Below are positions 11,200 through 21,800 of a DNA stretch of 64,000 nt, piece by piece. The stretch is from NCBI RefSeq assembly GCF_036971445.1, contig NC_091473.1, positions 191,642,001 to 191,706,000 on the forward strand, in the 5' to 3' direction. Source of the DNA: Narcine bancroftii (Eukaryota). Position 1 is the first letter of the stretch, and each line of letters opens with the position of its first letter. Position numbers and translations under genes: made by a program. The notes beneath the pieces were generated by a model that was not told the DNA's origin, did not search any database, and was given only the letters and a program-made list of their open reading frames with translations.

Positions 11200-12000
11200 G
11201 CTACTTAACAAATATTACTTCGAAATGTGCCCTGCATATAAATCGCGCGTGTTTTCCGCGTCTATCTGTGACCGAGGACCCGAAGGTCGCCGTTTCGCGG
11301 GATAATAAGGAACTTGAACTCCATGGAGGATTCGTCGATTCGTCGCCGACTGTGGAGGGAGGTTGTTGGCCTCTCTCTTGTTGGAGACGATCAGTGAGAA
11401 AGACTGTTACTTTCCGTGTCCCAGGCCAGAATTCTGGCCCGCGTTCATTCAAAGCCTGCGCGATACCTGGGTGAACAGGATGCAACGGAAGGCACCACCA
11501 CTGCGGCGATCGTGCTCGCTGTTCAGTCCCACCGCAGCGTGTTGACCCTTGCGTAGGACCGGACCAAACTGCAATAACAGGAAACCCGCAGAGAACTTCA
11601 GCTCGTTCACATCGTTGGTCACTGATTGCTGCAACCGACCTGTAAACCTCACGAGTCACGGGTCTTTGAAGCGTCCAAATACGAGAGCGTGGCTGATACC
11701 AGCCGTCCAGGACTGAGCCCAGCGGCCCCGCTCCTCCCTGCAGCGGGGGTGGGGGCTGCATTTAACCTTTTGGGCTCCGTGTCCCTGTTTACAGGGGCTA
11801 CCAACGAGCTGCCGTTTTGCGGGACCGGTCTTGTACCCAATCTTCAGCTAGTTTCGTACTGACCTAGCCCGGAATTTAAAAACCAAAGGCCAGGTCGATC
11901 TTTCACGTAGGTCCGCCCTGATCTATGATTCCGCGGGGACCGCGACTGATCTCACGAACCACGTTCCTTCCTTTCTGTCCGCATCGGTCGGGGGCCTTTG
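11200..12000. promoter_or_regulatory. Unique CpG-rich island, putative promoter or enhancer
   Basis: High CpG density in non-repeat sequence; TATAAAT at 11237-11243, CCATGG at 11321-11326; no recognisable protein in any frame. Confidence 0.4.
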
Positions 12001-12489
12001 GCAACAGCAATCCCTTGCAACCAACCTACCGCTAGAGAGAGGACCACAGATTCATTACCCCCACCTGAAGAAGCTTCTGTTCGCGATTCCAATATTGCAT
12101 TGGAATATTGCATTGGAATATTGCATTCGCCAGAAGAAACATCCCCCTTCCCTCCTTATCGAATCCGGCGCTGTTCCTAAGGAGCTTCTCCCCGTGTCTG
12201 CCTGGTTTTCCTCCGGGGGCTATGGTGTCCATTGACCCTCCGAAAACGTTCGGGGTGTTGCAGGTCAATTGGGCAACGCCAGCTCGTGGGCGTAAATTTA
12301 AGAGGTTTTAAATTAAACACCCCGACCCAACATCGTCTATTCGAACACGTGGAGATACTGTCCTGGAGGGCGCAGGGCAAGGACGTTTGCCTTCAAGTGA
12401 CTGATCTGAGAGCAAATTCGCAATTTCACTGCGCGGTGATGGGACCCATCCTGTCCGATCTCTCTCCCAACGTTAATTCCTTAATTCGA

Positions 12490-13245
12490 ACCATAGAAAC
12501 AGGCCCTTCTCGCCAAACTGTGACTCTGCGGTCCCACTGGCCCGCACCCGGTGCATCGTCCTCCATAACCTTCCCATCCATGTACCTGTCCAAATCCCGC
12601 TTAAATGTGAACAGCTTATTCCACACTCCCACCACTATCTGTGTGAAGAGGTTCCCTCTCTCATGTTCCTCCCAAACTTCTCCCCTTTCGCCCTTAACCC
12701 ACGTCCCCTGGTTTCTATCTCAGTGGGAAAAGCCGACCTACATTTACTCTGTCTGTCCCCCTCATAATTTTAAATACCTCGATCAAATCTCTCCTCATTA
12801 TTCTATGCTCCAGGGAATAAAGTCCTAACCTGTTTAACCTTTCCCTGTAACCCAGTTCCTGAAGTCCGGGCAACACCCTAGTAAATCTTCTCTGCCCTCT
12901 TTCAAACTTATTGATATCCTTCCTGTAGTTGTGACCAAAACTGCACACAATTTTGTCCTCACCAATGCCTTATACAACTTTATCATAACTCCTCTACTCA
13001 ATACTTTGATTTATGAAGGTCAAGATGCCAAAAGTTCTCTTTACATAACTATCCACCTGTGATGCCATTTTCAGGGAATTATGTACCTGTATTCCCAGAT
13101 CTCTCGGTTCTACTGCACTCCTCAGTGCCCTGCCATTTAACATGTATGCTTTTATTTGGTTTATCCTGCCAAAAGGCAACACCTCACACTTGCCTGCATT
13201 AAATTCCATCTGCTATTTTTCAGCTAATTTTTCCAGTTGGTCCAG
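12490..13245 (-). mobile_element. CR1 LINE 3' fragment
   Basis: MEFNAGKCEVLPFGRIN, YRERLNRLGLYSLE..RRDLIEVFKI. Confidence 0.9.
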
Positions 13246-13559
13246 AGCCCAATTCCAAGAGTCAAACTGATAATCTGCTCAACAATAGTTCTAATGCAGA
13301 TGGGGGAGGGGGGTCTAACTTATCAACTCCAGCGGTGGTCTTGATCACCCTGTCCATCGAGGACATCTCAAGAAACCAGCCTCTATCATCAGTGTGGGTC
13401 AAGAACAGTGATTCTCAACTTTCCCTTCCCACTCACATCCCACCTTAAGCAACCCCTTACTAATCACAGAGCACCGATGACATGGGGATTACATAAGGTG
13501 GCATGTGAGTGAAAAGAAAAAGGTTGAAAGTCCTACAGCAGTGGTTTTCAACCCAACGC

Positions 13560-13930
13560 AGCGCAGAACTCGCAGACACACAGCTAGACATAATGCACAT
13601 TCATACAGACAGACAAGTTTCTATGCAGGACAAATATTTCATGCATGCAAATAAATAAATATTGTTTCATGAATATGAGGGTCTCGGAGGGTTAGTGCGA
13701 GCAGTTCCTTTGGTCGTTCAGCCCATGGGAAGAAGCTAATCCTGGTAGTCCTGGCTCTGATCCTCTTGGATCTCTTCCCCGATGGGAGCAGCTGAAAGAT
13801 GCTGTGTGCGGGATGGAAGGGGTCCTCAATGATTTTGCGTCCACTCTTCAAACCATGTCGAATGTGGGGGGGGGGGGCAAAGGAGACTCCAGTGATCCAC
13901 CCTGCCACTCCACGGGTGACGTTGATCTCT
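13560..13930 (-). mobile_element. Rex1/Babar-type LINE 3' fragment
   Basis: RKIIEDPFHPAHSIFQLLPSGKR (DUF1891-associated C-terminus). Confidence 0.75.
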
Positions 13931-13932
13931 CT

Positions 13933-15793
13933 CAACACCACTCCACAGGCAGTGTAGAGCTCCGTCAACACCACTCCACAGGCAGTGTGTAGCTCCCTCA
14001 ACACCACTCCACAGGCAGTGTGAAGCTCCCTCAACACCACTCCACAGGCAGTGTGGAGCTCCCTCAACACCACTCCACAGGAAGGATAAACTGTATTAAA
14101 ATGAACATTTTCCCAAGGATACAATACCTATTTCAGGCATTGCCAATACACTTGACGGAGAAATTCTTCAAGGAGTTAAAGAAAATAATAAGGAAATTTT
14201 TATGGAAAGGGGGGAAACCGAGGATAGCACTAGATAAATTAACAGAATGGAGGCTTACAACTGCCAAACTTTAAAAATTATTATAGAGCCGCACAATTAA
14301 GATACCTATCAGATTTTTATCAAACAAGGGAAAAGCCAGATTGGACTAGATTAGAACTAGATAAAATAGGGGAGAAGATACCTGAACATATATTATATAA
14401 ATGGGATGAAAAATTGGTACAACATAGGAATTCTCCAGTATTACATCATCTGCTCAATATTTGGAAGAAGATTCATGTAGAAAGGAATAAAACAAATTAC
14501 CAATTACCAAAACTATTACTGACGCAAAATCAGTTAATCCCTTTTACAATAGATAACCTTTCCTTTAGAGAATGGGAGAGAAAAGGGATCAAAAGAATAG
14601 AAAATTGTTTTTCAGGAAATAAATTACTATCCTTTGAACAAATGAAGGATAAATATAATATAACTCAACAGTGTTGGCATACTACCAACTGAAATCCTAC
14701 TTGAAGGACAAATTGGGAAGCAGTCTGCGGTTACCAGAGGGAAGTAACTTTGAATATGTGATTACAGACACAATGATAATCAAAAAATTTGTAACAAACA
14801 TGTATATTAAACTGCAAGAAAAGGAGAATGAGGAAACAAACGGTAAAACTAAAGAAAAATGGGAACAAGATTTAAACATAAAGATAAAGAATGAAACATG
14901 GGAGAAGTTATGCTCTGGAACTATGAGAAATACAATAAACACGAGGTTACATATGATAAAATATAACTGGATACACAGGCTATACATTACACCTCAAAAG
15001 TTAAATAAATGGGACCCAACAGTATCTGACAGATGTTTTCGTTGTAAAAAAGAAATGGGAACAACAATTCATGCAATCTGGACGTGTGAGAAAGTGAAAA
15101 AATTTTGGGAAGATCTAAACCAGATATTAAATAAAATTACAGAAAGCAATATACCAAAAAACCCAGAGATCTTCCTCCTAAGTAACATAAAAAACAAAGA
15201 ATTTGGACTTGATTTGGATGGTGCACAAAAAAGATTTGTTAAGATAGCCCTAGCCGTAGCAAAAAAATGTATTATGTCAGCCTGGAAATTAGAAGATAAC
15301 TTGAGAATAAAACAATGGTATATAGAAATGAATAAATGTATTCCATTATAAAAAATAACATATAATTTAAGAAATAATATTGCAATATTTGAACAAATAT
15401 GGGAGCCATACATGAAACATAATAGAGAAAACCTACCGGGAACATCTACCACCTAAAATGACAGAAGGAGAAGGAAATGAAAAGAATTGACTCAGTGGAA
15501 TTTCTTGTTTATTTTTATTGAGTGACAACATTGTTTGACTGGTTTAATGTATCTTAGATTCCGAGCTTTAAATGAATGGGAGGGGAGGTATGGAGGGTGG
15601 GATGGGAAGAGGGAGGGGGGAGTGGGGGAGAAAACGACACTGTATATATTTGAAAATGAAAATGTATGTATCTTGATCAATGTGGTTTATGGTGTGAAAA
15701 ATAAAAAATAAAAAAAAACACCACTCCACAGGCAGTGTGGAGCTACCTCAACATCACTCCACGGACAGTGTAGAAGTAACTTAACACCACTCC
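13933..15793. repeat. 33-bp minisatellite (caacaccactccacaggcagtgtggagctccct), about 7 units, split by an L1
   Basis: Units start at 13933, 13966, 13999, 14032, 14065 and resume after 15717. Confidence 0.9.
14082..15716 (+). mobile_element. L1 LINE, 5'-truncated, poly(A) and 16-bp TSD
   Basis: ORF2 C-terminal half (GRINCIKMNIFPR..CFRC..HAIWTC), G-rich 3' UTR, poly(A). TSD AACACCACTCCACAGG at 14066-14081 and 15717-15732. Confidence 0.95.
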
Positions 15794-16109
15794 CACATCC
15801 CAAAATGTACAGGGTTGTAGGTTAATTTGGGGGTAATTGGGCAACACAGGTTTAATAAGCTGGAATGGGCTTCCACCATGTTGGAACTAAAAATCAGAAC
15901 AACCTCCTCTGAGCTCTTTCCTGAATGGTCACAGAATCGGGAATCTAAAACTAATCATAGGTTAAGGTGAAAGGGTTTTCACACAGTGGGTATGTAGAAT
16001 GGGCTGCCAGAATAATTGGTGCAGGTGGGGACAATTACCATGTACATTTAGATAGGTACACACACAAAGCTTCTGAGATAAAGGGCTTCTATCCTGCTCT
16101 ACCTGCCCC

Positions 16110-16153
16110 CTCTCACATTTGGATCTCTCTCTCATTTTCTCTCTTTCTCATTC

Positions 16154-16221
<68 letters not shown>

Positions 16222-16584
16222 AACTGTCACTCTCTCGCACACTTTCACCAATTTTCTCTCTCTCACACACACTTTCTCTCACTTCTTGCTGTGTCTTTCC
16301 TTTTCCTCTCACTTGTTCACTCCCTTTCCCTCACCCTCTCAATTTGTCTCTCATTTATTTTCTTCTCCCTTTCACACTCACAGTCACTTGCTCTCTCTCC
16401 CTCTCTCTTTCTCATTCTCTCTCTCTTTCACTTGTGCTAGCACTTACATTCTCACATTTGCTTTCTCATTCTCTCGCCCTCTATCTTATCTATCTATCCA
16501 TCCATCCATCCATCCATCCATCCACCCATCTGTCTGTCTATCTATATAACTATCTATCCATCTATCCACCCACCAACCCACCTG

Positions 16585-16645
<61 letters not shown>

Positions 16646-16830
16646 ATAATCACCCATCTGTCTGTCTATCTATATACCTATCTATTTATCCATCCATCCA
16701 TCTGCCCTCTATCTATCTATTTTTTTATCCACCCACCCACCCATCTGTCTGTCTATCTATATAACTATCTATCTATCCATCTATCCACCCACCAACCCAC
16801 CTGTCTATCTATCTATCTCCACCTCTCTAT
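16110..16830. repeat. Compound microsatellite (CT)n(CA)n, CT-rich, (TATC)n/(CATC)n
   Basis: Directly visible. Confidence 0.95.
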
Positions 16831-17309
16831 TTCATGGAGAATTCTTTCAGAATTGTTCTAAACTTTCTCAAAACACAACTTTCTGTCGATCAAGAAATTG
16901 TGAATTTTGCGAATTTTAAGACAGTCTTTGGGATTGGGTGTCTCAAAGCCAGGATATTAAAGTCTGTTTTAAAATTGCTCACGGACTCTTCCTCCTCCCT
17001 CTCCAGGGCCCAATGACTGCACCACCTGCCCTGCTTTACAAATAAGCTAAAAGCGGTGTGGATTTGCATAGCAGTAGCTAAAGAAACCCTTCACCAGCAC
17101 TGCACATGTCCCCAGGGGGAGATGATGAGTCCACAGCTGCAGATACAGGCTAGCACCTGGTTGTTCTCTACACTTCGCTGCAGTGCAGTTAACTGGTCTG
17201 ATGGATGGATGAGAATAGAGGAAGAGGAAAATGTTCTGGTTTATCAACAAATCCATCTGATGGTTTCAAAACGAACGTACAACCTTCTAAATTCAGTCTG
17301 TTGGAGAAA

Positions 17310-18770
17310 ATCCTGAGAGACAGGATTTACGAGATCAGCATGGCTTCGTCAGGGGAAATCTGATTGAAACATGATTGAATCATAGGCTTGTTGGAGACCA
17401 CTACTAAGAACAATGATGAAGGTAGAGCGATGGATGGAGTATACATGGATCTCAGTGAGGCATTTGCAAGGCTCGTTCAGATAGTAAGGAGGCCTGGAAT
17501 CTAAGGGAGACTTGCTTTGTGGATAGAGAATTGGTTTGTCTAGAGAGGGGCAGTATTCCGTCTGGAGGTTGGTGACTGGTGGAGTTCTGCAGGGATCTGT
17601 TCTGGGACCCGCTTCCTCTTCATAATTTTTATAAATGTCCTGGATCACAAAGTGGAAGGAAGGGTTGGGCTAGAAGGCTGGGAGATGACATAGAAAGTGA
17701 GTGAGAGTCTGGAGGGTTTCCAGAGGTTGCAAAGGGTAGGTTGACAGGCCGCAGAGCTGGCATGAGAAGGGGCAGATGGAGTTTAACTCAGAAAGGTATG
17801 AGGTGGTTCATTTCTGTTCTGAATGTGGATGAACTGCGAGTCCATGTCCATAGGACAAGCCCCATAAAATGTTATGACGTCCAGAGGACCCCAAAAATCT
17901 GCATCACAACACAGGGTTACTTAAACAAAAGTAGTTTTTAATTATATTTGAACAAGGAAACAGAAATGAACTTTAACTTGTTACTTAACCTACTTAATCC
18001 CCCCCTCTAATACTAAGCACAGGTGTGTGTAATGTATATTTAAGATTAGAAAAGTTCTTTGGAAAACAATCCAATCTCACTGGTTGCAGGCAATTCTTGT
18101 ACTGTGCACAGAAGTTAGCATTGACAAAGTTCACCAGTCTTTGGTGCTTAACAGGCAAATGGTTACCACTCAGGAGGGTTCTTGCTGGTTTTCAGAGAGA
18201 GATTCCTTTTCCAGGACATCTGCAACTGATTCCTTCTCAATCAGTCTTGCTGACGAAACTTGCCCCCTTCAGGGTTCTCCAGATGATACTCTTTCTTTCA
18301 GGTCACCTTTCACACCACCAGTCTTCTCCTTTGACCAGCCAGCCTTCCAAAGTTTGCCAGCTTGTCCCTCTGGAATGGATTTCTGTTTCTCTCCTTTCTG
18401 TTTCGCACCCTCCCTCTCTGAGAGCCAAACTCTTCTCCTCTGCCTGCAAAGAGCACATGCTCTCCCAGGCAAGCTGCTGTCGATACTTTGTTGCCTCCTG
18501 CGAAAAAGCATTCTGCAAAAAAAGTCCTGCAAATATTCTGTGTTTTGAAATGTGTGTGTGTGAGCTTCGCTAACAATTCCTCCCAAGCCACCTCTAAATA
18601 CCCTGTCACACATGCAAAGTTCCCGCACAGGCTGACAGAAGATGTGTGGTGTGCTGGCCTTCATTAACCATGGAATCAAGTTCAAGGACCATGCAGCTAC
18701 ATTCTGTGAGATCTTGGTTGGAGCCCACTTCGAAGATTGGGGTCAGATATGGGCTGTAGAAAGGGTGCGG
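17310..18770 (+). mobile_element. Degenerate CR1 LINE interrupted by an LTR-like element
   Basis: CR1 RT remnants (cagcatggcttcgtcagggg, agttctgcagggatctgttctgggacc) continue after 18610. Confidence 0.7.
17870..18610 (-). mobile_element. Solo-LTR-like element (TGT...ACA termini)
   Basis: The end beginning tgtgacagggtatttagagg recurs at 26172-26280 (+) and 47940-48106 (-). No clear TSD. Confidence 0.55.
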
Positions 18771-18814
18771 ATTCAGAATCAGAATTTATTGTCATGAACA
18801 AGTCAGGAAGTTCG

Positions 18815-21800
18815 AGAGGAGTCACGTGATGGAGTAGTGGCCGGACGGTGAACTCCAGGCCCCTCCAGAAAAGTCAGAAAAAACAAAGCAAAACACAAAG
18901 GCACAAAAATAAAAATCAAAGTAAAGTGAATATAAAGGTGGAAAGAAGATGGCGACGAAAAAAGAAAAGTCAAAACCAACGGTAAGAAGAGAGGAAGAGA
19001 AGACAACGGAAGATGAAGGAAAAGGCCTTACCTGTTCGAAGAGGCCCGCGGTGGAGAGAGAAACCCGCTCCCTCAGGTCGGTAGAAAGTGGACTACAAAA
19101 ATGGCTCGATGAGCCGAGTAAAAGTGCGCAACCGTGCATGCGTGAGGAGTCGCGCATGCGCGATGCGCATGAAATAAAACACACCGACGGGAGGGGTGAC
19201 CAGCTGGGGAGTCGATCTCCACAGCCGGCAATGACAGCTGCAGAACACCTGCAGCAAGAGGAGAACATAGAAGACAACGAAAACAAGAAAGAAGAGAAGA
19301 AAAGGGCAACAAAGAAACAACAGATGGCCAACCCAGAGGAAGAAGAAGAGGAAGAGTACAGTGAAATAGAAGAAGAAGGGAAAGGCAAGATAAAGGATAT
19401 ACTTTCTCTTATTAAAGAATACATGGAGTCATTTAAAGAATGGCAAGCGCAAGAATTTAATGATTTAAGAAGAAGAATAAACAATACAGAAGAGAAAATG
19501 AATAAAATAGATATGACCTTATCAGAAATGGGAAAAAGAATGGACAAGGTGCAAGAACGAGAAGCAGCAGTAGAAATGGAGGTAGAGGACTTAAAAAAGA
19601 AATTAGAGGAATCTAATAAAAAAGTTAAAGAGACACAAGAACTGTTAGCTCAGAAAATAGATATAATGGAAAATTATAACAGAAGAAATAACATAAAGAT
19701 AGTGGGCCTTAAGGAAGATGAAGAAGGCAAGAATATGAGAGAGTTTATAAAAGATTGGATCCCTAGGATCCTAGGATGTCCAGAACTACAGCAAGAAATG
19801 GAAATAGAAAGGGCACATAGAGCATTGGCCTTTAAACCACAATCACAACAAAAGCCAAGATCTGTTTTAGTAAAATTCCTAAGATATACTACAAGAGAAA
19901 AGGTAGTGGAGAAAACAATGGAAAAAGTAAGAGAGGACAATAAGCCACTGGAGTACAAAGGGCAAAAAATCTTCATTTATCCAGATATAAGTTTTGAACT
20001 CCTGAAGAAGAGAAAGGAGTTCAATACAGCAAAGGCGATTTTATGGAAGAAAGCGTATAAATTTGTACTAAAGCATCCAGCGGTATTGAAAATATTTATT
20101 CCAGGACAACAAAACAGACTATTCTCGGATCCAGAGAAAGCACGAAAATTTGCAGAACAATTACAAAATAGACTGATAATGAAGACGTGTAACGAGAGTA
20201 CAAAAGACTGCGAACTAAAAAGACATAAGTTTTGAACTCCTGAAGAAGAGGAAGGAGTTCAAAAAATCGAAAACGATCTTATGGGAAAAAAACTATTCTT
20301 GGATCCAGAGGAAGCAAGGAAATTTGCAGAACAACTACAAAACAAACAGAGAGATGAAGACATGTAATAAGAGTAAAAATGACCACGATTTATATGTATG
20401 TGGGTAAAGAGGTATATGTGTGTATATGTATAATCTGCATACATGAATGTATCCGTATTTAGAGGAAAATATAGATAGTATAGACAAGAATTAATAAGGG
20501 AAGGAAAAGGAATAGAGGGAATAAGGAGGGAATTAAAAGAGTGACCTTTGTCACATATGAAAAGTGAAATCTTTTCTGGGGGGAGGCTGGGTGGGGGGGT
20601 GTTACGGTCACTGCAAAATCAGCTGACACTTGCGAGCGAATTCGCAAATCCAAATGGAGAGGGGAGATGTGGTTGTCTGACAAGGGATAAAGGACAACTC
20701 AGAAGGGGAAGGGGGGATTGGGGCTAAAGAAGTCTTAAATAGGAGAATAAGGAAAATGTTTGATGTTTTAGGAATGTTGTCTTATAAAGGATTCAAAACA
20801 AGAAAACAGAAATGGATAAGAAGGAAAGGTAATGATGGAGAAACGGAAAGGGAAGATAAACAAGGTATAAAATGGCTACGTTGAACTATATGACTTTAAA
20901 TATTAATGGAATACATAACCAAATTAAAAGGAAGAAACTGCTAAATTTACTGAAAAAAGAAAAAATTGATATAGCATTTGTGCAAGAAACACATTTAACT
21001 GAATTGGAGCATAAGAAATTAAAGAGAGATTGGGTAGGACATGTAACAGCAGCATCGTGTAATTCAAAAGCAAGAGGAGTAGCTATATTAATTAGTAAAA
21101 ATGTGCCATTTAAAATAGAAGAGGAAATAATAGATCCAGCAGGGAGATATGTAATGATAAAATGTCAGATATATTCGGAGTTTTGGAATCTACTCAATGT
21201 ATATTCACCTAACGAAGAAGATCAAAAGTTTATGCAAGATATCTTTTTGAAGGTAGCAGATACGCAAGGGAACATATTAATAGGAGGGGATTTCAACCTG
21301 AATTTGGATTCAAATATGGACAAAACTGGGAAAAAAATTAACAGAAAGAACAAAGTAACCAAATTTATAATTAAATCGATGGAAGAAATGCAACTTTTGG
21401 ATATATGGAGGAAACAACACGCAAAGGAAAAGGAATATTCATATTACTCGGCTAGACATAAAACATACTCAAGAATAGACCTATTTTTGTTATCAGCTCG
21501 TATGCAAGATAGAGTAAAAAAAACAGAATATAAAGCTAGAATACTATCGGACCATTCACCCTTAATATTGACAGTAAAGTTAGAGGACATCCCTCCAAGA
21601 ATGTATAGATGGAGATTAAACCCCATGTTACTTAAAAGGCAGGATTTTAGAGAATTCATTGAAAGACAAATTAAAATGTATTTTGAAATAAATACGGAAT
21701 CAGTGAAAGATAAGTTTATACTATGGGATGCAATGAAAGCATTCATTAGAGGGCAAATAATAAGTTATGTAACCAAGATGAAGAAGGACTATAATCAGGA

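Noticed and set aside
13645-13652. ATGCAAAT octamer
   Set aside because: Lies inside a Rex-type repeat tail with no supporting motifs.
13933-14081. 33-bp repeats resembling a CRISPR array
   Set aside because: Head-to-tail units without unique spacers, eukaryotic context, no cas genes.
18822-19547. Antisense ORFs in the L1 5' regions as ORF0 analogues
   Set aside because: Explained by stop-poor complements of the purine-rich ORF1; boundaries differ between copies.
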